From Kudoa neothunni (lineage: Eukaryota; Animalia; Cnidaria), in the NCBI GenBank assembly GCA_964304625.1, contig OZ199839.1, forward strand, positions 4,087,224 through 4,151,223: a DNA stretch of 64,000 nt, read 5' to 3'. How positions within the stretch are numbered: position 1 is the first letter of the stretch; the number at the start of each line of letters is the position of its first letter. This document shows positions 50,508 to 64,000 of this stretch, in pieces. The position numbers and the translations under genes were made by a program. The notes below the pieces were generated by a model, which made no database searches, was not told the origin of the DNA, and saw only the letters and a program-made list of their open reading frames with translations.

Positions 50508-53500
50508 CCCCTGGCTGTACGAGGTGGGGTCACTGAGTGATCCCAACAAGCGTTTATTCTCCAAATCTCCTAAAAATAATAATTTTCTCCACATTCGCTC
50601 CCGTGAATGCTCTTTTGACAATATGGTTCTTATTTTAAAATAGTTACATATTTAATTTTTTTTATAAACATGAACATTTTTAATGTTTAAAATGGTATGT
50701 TGTTAATTGTATACAACATTATACATAAAACATTTTCTAAAATGAATTATTTACATTATTTTTTATTCTCTTAAAAGTTTTTAAATCGATTATCTACCTA
50801 TATTTCAATGTAGATATCAAATTCTAACAGCAATAATCAGTGTAATCTGAGATAAGAAAAAATTAATCTGCGAACGTTTCACTAATCCCACGCTTATTGT
50901 TCTGTGTTGGTTGTCTTACATTTTAAAGCTAAAGCGTAACTTGATTTTTTGAACGTTATGATAAATTTTTATTATTTAGTATTTGTAAAACATTATGTAC
51001 GACGAAGCAGAAAAACTAATTGACGATTCTTCTACAGACATTGATAGTGAATCTGACTACGAGTTCACTGAATCTGTTGATACATCAACTGACGATTTCC
51101 TGGAAGATTTAAGTAGCCAGTCTGAAAATAAAAGATCTGATGATGATTTGGATTGTTTCATTGAGAATGAAAATTCTGACTTTGTAGTTTCTCGGTGTGG
51201 TTTTCAATGGAGTTTGAAGCATCGCACAGGAACAAAAAACCGCGCACACAACAAAATTTCACCACCATCCTCTACATTTCTTGAGAAAATGGGTAATTTC
51301 GAAACTATCTCTGAAGCATTTGGATTGTTTTTTTTTTCTCGTGATATTCTTGATGAGTTAATGCAATGCACGAATAAATATTGTGAGCAATATAAAGGTT
51401 TTAACGGTAACGAAATAACAGTAGAGGAGTTAAAGGCTTTTTTGGGCGTTTACTCGCCTCGGGTCGCTTGAATAGATCATTTCTTGCACTTCAGAATGTG
51501 TGGGATAGCAATCCTTTATTTAAACAATTTTTTTTGCGGCAGCAATTTCGAGGGATCATTTCACACATATTTATCAAATGTTGCGATTTGATGATAAAGC
51601 TACAAGAACTGAACGTAAGAAAAAGTCAAATGATAATTTCGAGGCGATCCGAAACGTTTTCAAACTTTCAATAATAATTGTCTGAAAAATTTTTGGCCAG
51701 GGCCCTATATCACTGTGGATGAAAGGTTGGTAAAATTTAGAGGGAAATGTCCCTTCCGGGTATATATGAAGTCTAAGCCAGGTCGTTATGGCGTCAAATT
51801 ATGGGTGGCCGCAGATGCCGAAATATCATATCTTCTAAACATACAGCCTTATACGAGAAAGGTTGGTGGATTAAGAGAGATGAACCAGGGTGCAAGGGTA
51901 GTAAAAGATCTTGTTTCACCTTTTTACGGTACATGTCGAGGAGTTACAGTCGACAACTTCTTTACGTCTATTCCACTCGCCCAGGAACTAATTTTCAAAT
52001 AGAATAGCTTTGACTGGAACTGTCCGACCCAACAAACGCGAGATTCCTCAAGAATTCCTCAAAAATCCTAGGCGTGAGGTTTTCTCGTCAACTTTTGGAT
52101 TTCATGGAGACCTCACTTTGGTCTCATATGTCCCCAAAAAAATTACGCTGTGAACTTTCTCTCAACCGAACATAACGATTGTTCTATTGAAAATGAGGAG
52201 AGAAAACGACCTAGTGTAATTATTCATTACAATAAAACAAAAGGCGATGTTGATATGGCGGACAAAATGACTGTCCATTATTCCTGTTCAAAACCAACAC
52301 GCAGATGGCCAATGAAAATTTGTATGGATCTGCTAGACATTGCAGTTTTAAACTAATATCTTATTTACCAAAAAATATCCTGAATGGCAAAAAAATAATA
52401 AAAGCAAGAGACTACTTTATTAGAGAGTTATCCATTGATTTGGCTAGAGAAAATGTTTCTCGTCGCCAAACAAATTCTGAAAGATTGCCAAGTTACATAA
52501 AGTATGGTTTGGGCCTTTTTGACGATAATAATAATAATAATAATCATAAATCAATAAACTCAAATTTACCACAATTACTAAATAGAAAAAGATGTTCCTT
52601 GTGCCCAAGAAATGTCGACAAGAAAACAAAGCTAACGTGTTTTCAATTGTCGAAAATTCGTGTGTGCAAAGCATAGAGCCCAAAAAAATATTATTATACG
52701 TTACTGAATGCAACAAATAGCTTCTTTTTGAACAATGATATTATAGATCTTACTCAATGTAACTATTTAAGCGCCATTTATGACACGCTGATTCTATTGC
52801 ATCTTCGGTTCTGTATTACTTTTGGAACGAAAAACTATAATTTAGTGGGAAAATTAAATTATTTAACGTCTAGCATTATATCTTGTTTCAAAAAAAGGAT
52901 CATTTTATTTTTATGCAGTTCTACTACATACGGATTATTTCTTAACTGTTTGAAGTAATATTTTGTGGTATAATTATTTTGTTTTTCTTTATTCTAAAAA
53001 TAAAACTGTTAATTAACATTCAACATTCAAACGAAGGATAACAACAATTGGAGAAAACGAAGAATGCAGCTTAAACATGCAGTATAGTTAAAATTTGTAT
53101 ATTTTTATGAATTCATCAGTGAAACGCTTAGTAGTAAGGTTAATTAGAAAATATCGAATTTGGGTTACATAATCTCCGTTAAACCGAAAGTAAACGAATG
53201 TTTGTGCTTCCCGTGGTGATATTGCCGGTTTTGGTGATAACATTAAATATCCATTTTTCAGCAGTAACATATTATATCTAATTTAACTGCTATATATTCT
53301 TTTTAATGGTTAATTTGTTTTAATTTTAATGCACATAACTTTGCTTGGTTACATGATGCCTTAACTCATAAATATTCTCATTTCCTACCCCACATAAGCT
53401 AAAAGCTTCCTTAAATGGTTCATTGCTGAATTTAACCATGTTGAAAATGTCATATAATTTATGTTTTGAAAAATGAAAAATTAATTAAGGTAAGTTTATA

Positions 53501-53565
53501 CTGGGATCACTCAGTGACCCCACCTCGGACAGGGCGTGATTTTTTCTGAGTCCGTACAGGGAAGG
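50508..53565 (+). mobile_element. piggyBac element (same clade as 12044-15530), transposase pseudogene
   Basis: TTAA TSDs, perfect 26-bp internal inverted repeat CGAGGTGGGGTCACTGAGTGATCCCA, DERLVKFRGKCPFRVYMKSKPGRYG, VTVDNFFTS, CRD RCSLCPR. Multiple frameshifts. Confidence 0.95.
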
Positions 53566-54764
53566 TTAAACATTTTTACCTCATCAAATCATCAAACCAC
53601 AAATTCTGATAAACTGATACATTGTTATCTTTTCCAACTTTATCATGCTTTTATTTCTAAATATCCCCAAATTTAAAAAAATTCACCTTACTATTTAATT
53701 CCGCAATAGCATATACTGTAAAATGTCTAATGACGACTATTGTTGCGCTTTTAAATGTGTACTTGATTAGCTTTCAATTATTTCGAGCATAGTTTAGAAA
53801 ATTCAATCGCTGAATTTAAATTTTACCCTCATTTTCAATAAAGAAATTTAATCTAAGTGGTTTGTCCGAAAAAGTGCGTACTATCGTTTAATCACGTGAT
53901 ATGCCAAATTGGTAACTTCCTAGTTCAATTAAAAATATTTTGAAGACTATTACTTTTTTACAATCACCAAAATATTATGAAATGCTTCACCTAATATAAA
54001 CTTTGAATACATTGTATTAATGAGAGTGCGTACTATTGTACCCTACTGTAGTTGTTATATTTCAAGTCGAAATAAATATTTAGCAATCAATTTCGCTATT
54101 TATTGAATAAACTCTAAATAAACAATTAAAATATATGTATTTTTGAAATTATAATTACAAATTAATAAATTATTAAAAAAACAAGGATTTAGGAACTCCA
54201 GGTCAACTCTAAATGATTTGGCTAAAAAATATAGGGCTACTAATTCACCCGAAAAGATTATCAGAGGAAATATGAGAAACGCTCCAAACAAGACGACTGA
54301 ACATAATCTAAAAGGTTATTTTCAGCATTTGGAGGACATTCTTTGGTAGATGTATTTTTCTTATGGATATCAACCGTAATTATTTTAAAATAATATGTAC
54401 ATTTGGTACTTATACATATAAACTTATCTTTATCTATCTAGCGCTATTAAATAAATAGAAAAAATAGGCATTATCCCACAAGCCAAGGTATTCCGATTTT
54501 GATCGCAACAAGTCCTGTAGTATCTTTTGTAATCCACAGAATTTTAAATAAATATTTAGGAATTAAAGAGTTTTATCATTTTAAATCTTATTAATTTAAA
54601 TATACAAGCATAATTGCCACCAGAGAAACCAATACAGTTTAAAATATTTTCCTCATGATAATATAAAATTTTAGAGATGTGTATTTACACATTAATGAAG
54701 ATATAAAAATCAGTAGAATTATTGTTTGATGAGATCGTTGCCATTGCGAAGGGAACGTGAAGAG

Positions 54765-55850
54765 CTAGAGCGGACGCTTACTGGTGAATTCGATCCCGGG
54801 TGAATGACTATTATTGTCGCTGTGATTTGAGGACAGGGAAAGGTTGCTCGAGTCATCTTCCATAATGTTAGGAATAGGAGGTGTCAAAAAGTGTATAGGT
54901 TTCGAGAAGGAATTCTTACAATTTAGCTCGTTCAACAAAGGTTTATTATATTGATCACTTGCTATAAGACATGAAAAACCAAAAGATTAATCAAAAACAG
55001 CCATAAATTTAACAAAAATAATTACAACAATCACGTTGATCAGTGGTTTCATTAGAATCAATCTTAAGTGTGGCATTGGATGATAAATTTTTTTTTTTTA
55101 GGTGAAGCAGAATTTCTAACTTCCGACTGAATGCCACAATATTTGTCAATGTCATCATCAAAAGTATCATCACTATCATCAGAAATTTCATCGTCCGAAT
55201 GATCATACACATATCGTTCTTGGTTGAAACGTATAAGTCTGCCAACACATTGGTAACGTTCTGAAAATTGGCCGTACCATTCATTCAACTGGGCTACCTA
55301 CATCAACAAAAACAACAACTATAACACACAAACGACATGAATCCAGCTGAAATAGATTATATTTATGTAATTACTTCCGAGGAACTTAAGTCAGGCATCA
55401 GATCATCTTCTGTTGGTATGGAATCGCATGATATCGTAAATTTTGAAAGCGCTCTACTTGCGTCTCTACCTGCAAACGCAAAATAATGGCCCCCTTTTTC
55501 AGCAAGCCAATCAACAACGTTGTATTTAAAAATTAAATTAAAACATTACCTGGACCGTACAAATGACGATCAACTGTAACATCAAATATGAAACCGTTAA
55601 CAGCCACAAAAATCACATAATTGGTTTCTGCATGTTTTCCGTCGTAGTTTCTCAATTCATGAATACTTAAATCTTGTCGTTTGTATCCTTTCAATTTGTG
55701 GTTAGGATCTTTGTCGGACAATTTGATTTTGGCGTCTGGGTTCGGCGTTGTGTAGGTCAAATATTTGAAAATCGCATAGCTGAACAACAGTAACACCAAT
55801 GTTATTGCCAACATTGGAAGAACAGTTGGTGAAAGCAACAGATTAACCAT
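54765..55850 (-). CDS. PGRMC: Membrane-associated progesterone receptor (MAPR/PGRMC) cytochrome b5-like heme/steroid-binding protein with acidic and Ser-rich C-terminal extension
   Basis: N-terminal TM, ELRNYDG, IFVAVNGFIFDVT..LYGP|GGHYFAFAGRDASRAL, LNEWYGQFSERYQCVGRL. The extension is joined by two inferred GT-AG introns. Confidence 0.88.
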
Positions 55851-56255
55851 CCGCAATCTAATTAAGCCCAGTAACACCTAAAACAATACTTTGTCCCTTC
55901 CGCATGCGTGCAGCCTACGAATGGTAAACCGATATCCCTAATTTGTTGCCCTAAAAAATGGATTTTTGTCTAACAAAATAGATACCTTTTATTTCTAGAT
56001 TATTAATCGGGATAATTTGATACTTAAAACAGACTATGTGAACTTTTTATTGTGGAAAAATTGGTATATTTGCCAAACATGCATACGAACAAGCTGTTCG
56101 TTAATACTTAGATAGATTGATCTTATTATTGGTTAATCAAATAATGACCGGTAAATAACACCGTTCTTAAATTTCTCCGCCTCACTTTTAAATTATAGTT
56201 TAATGCAACCATCTTTATATTGGCTAAAAGATATTTTCGTTAGACGTGAAATATT

Positions 56256-56257
<2 letters not shown>

Positions 56258-56292
<35 letters not shown>
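56258..56292. repeat. (AT)n microsatellite (others at about 5835 and 11705)
   Basis: Direct observation. Confidence 0.9.
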
Positions 56293-56296
<4 letters not shown>

Positions 56297-57136
56297 CGTA
56301 TTGATAGTTATTTTGAACCTTATTGTAATTTTTGGTCTAATCAACACTGGCCTTAGACGAATTTATATTGATTATTGAATTCGGGCGTTGTTAATTTAGT
56401 CGGTCCAAAACAGTATTATACTTCTGTAAGTCTCCGATGATACTCTTAGAAGTCCCATAGGCATAGAAGAACCTGATTTTTATTTTTTTTTCTCAAAGCT
56501 ATGAAATCATATCGCTAATTTTTTTTGAAATAAGCACCATCTGCCGAATTAATATAGTTACAAAATATATTTAATAAGACCAGAAAACTAATCTCTAAGC
56601 TCTGCGGAAATGATTTAGAACAAAATCTTAAAAAATATGCGTCTTTTCAAATATAGCAATTCTTACTTGATTACATGCTAGAATTAGAATGTATTCATTA
56701 GAATTGAAAAATTATGAGCTTTTTGTTCTCATTCTATTACTCATCATTCAATTATTTGGTATAAACCTACATAGAATTAGGTGTTAAGTTTATGTTTGTT
56801 TACAAACTATAAACATAAGCGCTCATAGTTGATCACTGCCATATGACGACGTTTATTTTGTTTTCTGCAATTAATTATCCCAATTTAAGTTTAATTTGCA
56901 TTATTCTATTTTAGGTTCTGGAATCTCCTATAGCGATTGCAATAATTTTTGTCTTAAAATTTGTATATATATTGAAGTTGCCTTAACTTAACATTCGATT
57001 GAATGATTCTGCGACTTACCGCACATAAATGAATCACGCTGAAAAATCTACAAGGGCATTCCTTTGCAGTCCAACAGCCAGACACGTACGATGGCCAATT
57101 GCTCTGGGTATGCAGCGAAGGGATTATAATATAGAG

Positions 57137-59450
57137 CAGTGGTTCTTAACTTGGGTTCGGTCGAGGATTCTGATAGGTTCGATGAAAAAATTCCAATTAT
57201 TAGATCAAATCTAGGATTAATATTCTTTATAGTTTTAATATTTTAAATAAACCTTCTACTGGTTGTATTTATAATCCTAATTAGAAGCTTTATTAAAAAG
57301 ATAATAGTGATAAATTAAAAAATTGTCGATAATTTAATTACAATTATGATTTGAGCGTTTGAAATTCTTTTCGATTTATCTGATTAGTACAATCACGTTA
57401 ACGAGTTACAGAGTCTATTGCGTGGCAGTGTTATTTGCTTGCTAGTTTTGTGAGGGTTACTGGAAATAATTATTGGCTCTTTGAATGTTTAACAAAAAAA
57501 GAAAGTGGTCAAATGAATTTGTACAGTTCGGGTTTATCTATGTTATGGAACTTAGTGGTATTCAGCGACCTCTTTGCATGATATGTCACTCGAAGTTAAG
57601 TAATTCTGGTTCGGTACCAGCAAAACTAAAGGAGAATTTCACAGATGTCCATGAACATTCTGTATATAGGAATATGACTCTTTCCGAGCTTGAAGCAAAG
57701 AGAGAAAGGTATGATGAAAGAACCACGTTGCAAAATTTTGGATTTGTTAATATTGATAAGCCTATCTTAACAGCAACATATGAAGTTTCATATCTCATTG
57801 GCAAACAAGGTAAACCTCACAATATTGGTGAAACGCTCGTTAAACCTGCCACGTTGAAGATGGCAAATATTTTATTGGGAAGTATTGCAGAAAAATAATT
57901 AGCACAACTTCCTTTGTCAAATGAAACCGCTAAGAAAGAATTGATGATATGAGTAAAGACATTCCGGATCAATTAATTTCTAATCTAATTTCAAGCAGAA
58001 CAAAGTTTAGTTTAGAATTCGACGAAACTACTGATATCTCAAACCTAAGTCAACTGGTTTCGTTTGTTAGATATTTGAAAAATTGTGTGATAGTTGAAGA
58101 TTTTATTTTTTCAAACCTTTAACAGCAACTACCAAGGCAGTGGATGTTAAGAAAGTTGTCGATGAGTTTTTCAAAGACAAAGAACTTTCATGGAATATGG
58201 TTTCTTCTATTTGCACTGATGGTTCCCCAGGTGTGCTGGGGCGTAACTCTGGTTTTTGCTCATTTGTGAAAGCAGATGTACCTCATATTATTGTTACACA
58301 TTGCATTTTACATAGATATGCATTAGCAACAAAGAATATGCCTCCAAGGCTGGCAGAAGTGTTGAAAATCGTTATCGATTGTGGAAATTTTGTGAGACTT
58401 AGTGCTTTGAATCATCTAAACTCCAAATATTTGTGCAACGAAATGGATTCTGAATTTTAGATATTTTTGTTTTATTCAATTGTGAGGTAGCTGTCTCGAG
58501 GTAAAGTATTAAATCACGTTTATACCCTGCGAAAGGAAATAGGTTTATTTTTGCTGGAGTGTAACCAATGTCATGCTCAATGTTTCAATAATTTAGAAGT
58601 TATTCCTCTTTCGGCATACATGGCTGATATTTTTGATTCCATAAATTGTTTGAATCAGCAAATGCAAGGAAATCGAGTCAACATCATTGAGGCAGAGGAG
58701 TATCTTAGTGCATTCCGAATAAAATTATCTTTATACAAACGACGAATAATGGTCGAAATTCCGCAAACTTTCCACTTTTAGACGAATTTATAATATTAAT
58801 GATTGCGATAACAACGATTTGATCATTTTATCTTTCGAATTAAAGGAAATAATTGTTGCACATTTAGAAGAACTTTCTAACTCACTCGATGGCTGTTTCC
58901 CTTCTAAAAATTTATTCCCCGACTGGATGAGGCAGCCATTTAGCTTCGATACTTCAGCTGAGGATACCAATAATAAATATTTTGATGAATTTATCGAACC
59001 TCAACACAACAACATTAAAAAATAACTTTTTGAAAAAGTTTCACCATCAATCTTTTGGATAAATCAAATTGAGAAATACCCTACAATTTCGATGAAGGCT
59101 TTGGAAGTTTTTATTGCTTTCGTAACAGCTTACCTTTGCGAACAATCATTTTTAAGATTGGTCACCATAAAAAATAAGTTAAGAAATAAGCTTTTCTGCG
59201 AAAGCGATATGCGAATTGATTTCTCCAACACTTTGCCTCGTATTACGGAATTTGTTGCGAAAAAGAGAACAAAAATCGCACTAATTAGCTTTATATTAAT
59301 TTAATTTTCACATTTTTCAACTTTTATGATGTGCCAAATATTGATTAAATTATAATTCATTTTATTTAAAAAATTTTATGTTTGGGGGTTCGACGAGGCG
59401 TGCTATAGGATAGTAGTGGTTCAGCCATTCCAAAAGGTTAAGAAACACTG
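57137..59450 (+). mobile_element. Full-length hAT Buster-type element (ZBED5/ZBED8/FAM200-like transposase pseudogene)
   Basis: TIR CAGTGGTTCTTAAC / GTTAAGAAACACTG, perfect TSD ATATAGAG. BED finger RPLCMIC, KPHNIGETLVKP, DETTD, ICTDG, THCILHRYAL, YLCEQSF. Stops and frameshifts. Confidence 0.96.
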
Positions 59451-59859
59451 ATATAGAGGAAAGCGTTTCTGAAATTTCAACATTTTTCAACATAAAACGG
59501 TCGCAGTATATTTTTATCATTAAATACGTAAATAAGGTGAATATTTTAGCTTTAGTATGATTATCTAGAGAATTAATTGATTTAAAAACAATAAAAATAA
59601 TTGTTTCAAACAAGACATGAATTAATCAATAAAATTTCATTATATTAAATAAGCGACCTATATTTCAAAGTTCAAAATTATTTTCGAGATATTTTCACCA
59701 TAAATCCAATTATTTATAGCCATCATTTGTATGTTAATTAAGATGCTTATTTTTATTTTATCAAGTAATTAATTTTAACGCTGTGACCGCGTTGAATAAA
59801 ATTTAAAAAACTACAACTATATGGGGAAAAAATTTTTCAATATTTCTCGGTTGTTTTTG

Positions 59860-60306
59860 CCTTTTATTTTATGAATTTCAATGCTTAAATTCTTCTGTGT
59901 GTCAAATAGCAAATCAATTCTGGTTTATCCAAACGTTTTCAATAACATTTGGTTATGATAATGTTTGGCAGATCGCTCATGTTTATTGAAAGCGTTAGTC
60001 GAGTTATTCAAATTAGAATATCCTCTTTTCACCCACATATTTTCATTTGTCGCAGAAAATAACAGGCAGAAGAAAAAAAAGTTTTTTTGTTGTAGTACAT
60101 CCACACAACCATCCTTTCCTCTTGTACCGTACACTATGAAAGGTACGAGTAATTTTCTCTCCTAACTGTTGTTTAAACTCATAAAGTTTCGGTGTTGGTC
60201 TACACTTTGTTATGATTCTCATCTTTTCCTCATAGGGAAGTTTTGAAAACTGTTTGAGATAATGACTATCCATGTTTGAAAGTAACATGATAAAACCAAC
60301 AAACAC
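59860..60306 (-). mobile_element. ZMYM1/Tip100-type hAT transposase N-terminal remnant (TTF-type zinc finger)
   Basis: TRTFHSVRYKRKGWLCGC..FCLLF..WVKRGYSNL..KHERSAKH, split by a frameshift. Confidence 0.7.
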
Positions 60307-61429
60307 TTCAACAGATAATCAAAATAGAGATTATGATTAATTTATTAGCAACTCGGATTTTCTCTGAAATATTACCTAATTTTATCATTTCGCAGACACT
60401 GATTAAGATTTAAAAATTTGAAAAATAACTAGAATTTTATGTATGAGATATGCCAATCGGCTCCCCCTACTGCATGTTGTCACGTGACCACGCGGGTATG
60501 CAGAATTTAGTTTACATACCCTGATTAGTACAAAAAATGGAGATGCGAGGAATCTCCACGCACGTGCCAGTTACGCTCATATACGTGTGTTTAATATAGG
60601 AGGCTGTCGTGACCTAAATATTTGAAAAATTCTTCAATTTTATGCATAAAATTTTATTTATATATTTTTTATAATATGTATATTATAAATTCACAACTGA
60701 AAATTCCTTATTCATCTGTATTGGAAGTTGACAAATCAGGCATCGCAAGCTTTCATTTGCCTGTTTTACACACTTAGACCCACGAAAATTACTCCATGTC
60801 AAGCTATTTTGGATTATTATTGATTCCGGTTTTATTAAATTTGACAAATATTCTACTTATATTGATTGTAATTTATATATATTCAAACTAATACTGAGAT
60901 AAATGCAACTCATTTTTCTATTTGCGTGCTTCATTAATACATACATTATTTATTTCTGAATTGGTGTTATCCTATTAATTCTCATGTTATACCCTGTAAT
61001 GCAGGTACGAAAATTTTCCCACCTAACATATTCCAGGTATGCACTGCATACCTGTGCGACACGCATGCGCATCGATATTTTTTGGAAATGCTTATTCTGC
61101 GTTAATCATTATTTTATGCATACTCAAATGAAATAAAATAAATTTTGCCATTATTTCGTCTATTTATGTATTGATTTAATAATGTTCGAGTGAAATAAAT
61201 TGTGCGAATCGATAGTCTATTCGCGATCTCAAAAAATTCGAAAGGAATTATGAAATTGCGAATAATACAAATAAATGGTAACAACTAACTATTCTTATGC
61301 AATAAAAAATTATTTTTATTGTTTCTCATTTGATCGACTCTAAGTATCTCGCTACAAATTCACGTTATCTAATTTACAAATATTTTTAAAAAATAAAATT
61401 TTTGGTTTCGTCCTCGAATCGATTATAAT

Positions 61430-62370
61430 ACTGTGAACCTCCTTTCGGACACCAAAAATGCCTTCAACTCGGGTCGAACTTCTTTGCTTTAATAACTTAA
61501 ATAGATCTACTTAATATTTGAGAGCTTGATTAAATGAAATAGATGGATTCACGATTTCCGATAAATCTTAATCAGATGTCTTGTTATCATTTGTTTCATT
61601 GTTTTTCACACCCTTAATTATTTTTTAGACATACGTTTAAAACATTCTCAGGTGACCACTTTTCAAGAACACCATGAAGCTTCCCATTCCATTCTGGGAC
61701 TGTTCCAATAAGAATGCTCCCAACCTCAGCATGGAACGTAACATATTTTAATTTAACCTGGTCTTTAAATACTGTATACCTTCTACAGTTAAAATGATCG
61801 TTATAATTGTTGCTTTCCTTTGGAGCGAATCTTCTCACCATTGCAATGGTATTGTCATTGTTAATAATACCACCATTCACTCATGTGTAAAACATCTATT
61901 TATAAAATTTGTTATCAACATCACGCATGAGGCCTTATTTAATGTTTATCAAGAATTGATTAAAAGTACTAAACTCCCTGATTTTAAAATTACATCTTTT
62001 ATTAGAATCCCATTAAATATTGACATTCTTTTCAGGTCATACTTATCCACAGTCATTTTTTTAGATTTCCTAACTCGTGTGCCGGATCATAATATTGAAT
62101 TATTATATATTTCTCAGAAAAGCTTTTGTAATTTCTTGGTTAGATAATTTTTATTATTTCCGCGATTACTCACGAAGCGCGAAAAGTGTACTTTCAGATA
62201 CAATTTCCATTACGTAGAATCGCTGTATTACGTGCAAGCAATCTTTTTTATTTATTTTTAGTTATTCTATAGTTGAAAGTATTTTCTTTATTAACGTAAA
62301 AATTAGGAAATTCAAAGTTCGTTTGACGTCAAAATACTAGCGATTACGTACGAGCACAGTCGCACTGTAT
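61430..62370 (-). mobile_element. Decayed pogo/Tigger remnant
   Basis: End TA-CAGTGCGACTG on the minus strand; relic KYVTFHAEVGS..EKWSPENVLN. Confidence 0.6.
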
Positions 62371-62529
62371 TTCCTTCAATCATAAATATAAAATTGGAGT
62401 AGATTATAGTGCAAAGTGTATTTTCTTAATTGTCAATGTTAACTAAAATAGATATTGTTGTGATTATTACATTCAAAATTGTAGATAACAAACTCGAAAT
62501 GTTGATTAAAAATGATTACAAGTGTAAAT

Positions 62530-64000
62530 TAACATGCTTAGTCTTCCGAGTATCTTTGGGGTCCGTTAGACCCCAATGGATGTTTGAAGCAATTTTAGTG
62601 AATCTTATATTGCATAAGATGATTTAAAATCATATCTATTCTCCTACAAATATTAGTTCTATTAAAATATAACAGAAAATTTAAATTTGTACATTTAGGT
62701 AACGAAATAATCAAAATACTTACATATTCCTTCGTTTGGGGTCCAATGGACTCCGTGTTTTTTTTCTATCAAACAACAAAGAAAAATAATTTACAACAAT
62801 TTTGAGATTTAAATAAAATTTTATCTAGAGGAAACAGAGGAAAATTGAAAAAACCATACATACGTTAAATACCGATCATTACGGACGGTTAAAACACTGC
62901 CATAAGTGGTTCTGGGCGTAATATTTTGGATGAAGTTGTATCCGATATCAATGAATTTTATGATATCTTTGGATAATTTAGATATATATATATATTATAC
63001 ATGTCATTCTAATGTTTCTGAAGATAATAAACGCTATCGAAACATTTACGAAAATAAGGATAATGTTCATTGGTTTTCCGAGAAACTTCAAATAACTAAA
63101 AGTTTAAACCGGAATATTTTTCAAAATACCCAGGTTCAATTTCTTATGTTTCAAACAGAGTCACCTTCTTAGCTGATCATTTCTCATATTTTATGGTGAA
63201 TCTATTTTCTCAATTGTTATTTCAAACATTAAAACGTTTACCAATTTTAATCATCAGAACTATTTGAAGACTTTTCAAAGCAAGATTTATTAGCTAATTC
63301 GGGAATCGAAAATTGTATTCCCACTTTTAAATCTTAATTAGAATGATTCAATTTGCTTTGGAGTGTTGGAAAGCGAAAGGATCTTTTTCGAAGGATAATG
63401 CCATTAAATAGGTTTAATCAAATTTCGTGGGCCGTTCATTATAAAGAAATCAAAACCAAAGAAGCTTGAAGAATAATAGATAAATTCTTTCTCATTTGTG
63501 ATTTTTTAAGAGTTGGAAAGGTTGTCGTTCCCAACATTATTACCTCCAGGTGAGTTTGACCATTGACAAACAGCTACTTGCTTTTAGGGGAAATTTTTCT
63601 TAGGGCAATATGCCGAATTAAGTATTTCCTCCTTACCAATCCTGAGCCGAAGTACACTCATAACTTTTCTGTGTCTGTGTATTTGAATAAAAATAATGAA
63701 ACGTCAACAAATGTTGGGGAGATATTGTCCTAGATCATGTGTCATCATTAATGGAAAGTGGGAGAAATATCATTTGTGAAAATTTCTTTATTTCTGTATC
63801 CATTTTCCAAACACTGTTACACAGGGAATGACTGGAAAAATCCGAAATAATAAAAGAGATATTACAAATTATCTAAAAATGAATGCAAAACGGGAAGCTT
63901 CTGTACACTTTTGTCTAATCAAAAACTAATACCAATCTCCTATGTTCCTATAAAAGGTAAAGCAGTTTTACTACTAACAACCTCCGGTTCATTACAAATG
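62530..64000 (+). mobile_element. Highly decayed piggyBac, running off the window
   Basis: Subterminal palindromes TTGGGGTCCGTTAGACCCCAA and TTGGGGTCCAATGGACTCC; relic LTIDKQLLAFRG and GRNIICENFFIS motifs. Left end not resolved. Confidence 0.7.

Noticed and set aside
54180-54540. Short coding-like stretches downstream of PGRMC
   Set aside because: Could not be assembled into a consistent gene model.
55064-55125. Apparent frameshift at the poly-A run in PGRMC
   Set aside because: More simply an intron GTTAGA...CTTAAG joining in phase 0.

Overview
AT-rich eukaryotic (metazoan) genomic DNA with the standard genetic code. Small islands of tightly packed genes with very short GT-AG introns (mostly about 35-75 nt) alternate with stacks of nested, decayed DNA transposons (piggyBac, pogo/Tigger, MULE, hAT-Buster/Charlie/ZMYM1-type) and a possible LINE relic. 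Genes recognised after manual splicing: EMC2, LSM2 and TYW3 (head-to-head), parvin, and a PGRMC/MAPR cytochrome-b5-like protein. There is also an ADAM-like secreted protein that has lost all three zinc-binding histidines and its prodomain, a large LamG-4xMANSC-Ig-3xEGF single-pass receptor, two orphan type-I membrane proteins and a partial gene at the left edge. Strongly divergent housekeeping proteins, tiny introns and tandem MANSC-like repeats suggest a fast-evolving compact animal such as a myxozoan cnidarian (inference only). The most notable observations are the ADAM pseudo-protease, the receptor architecture, a possible adhesion gene cluster (ADAM, orphan, receptor, parvin), and at least five transposon stacks whose insertion order can be reconstructed. 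One stack inflates a 37-nt intron to about 6.4 kb, and another contains a 47-bp piggyBac-type mini-element. All exon structures were derived by eye.
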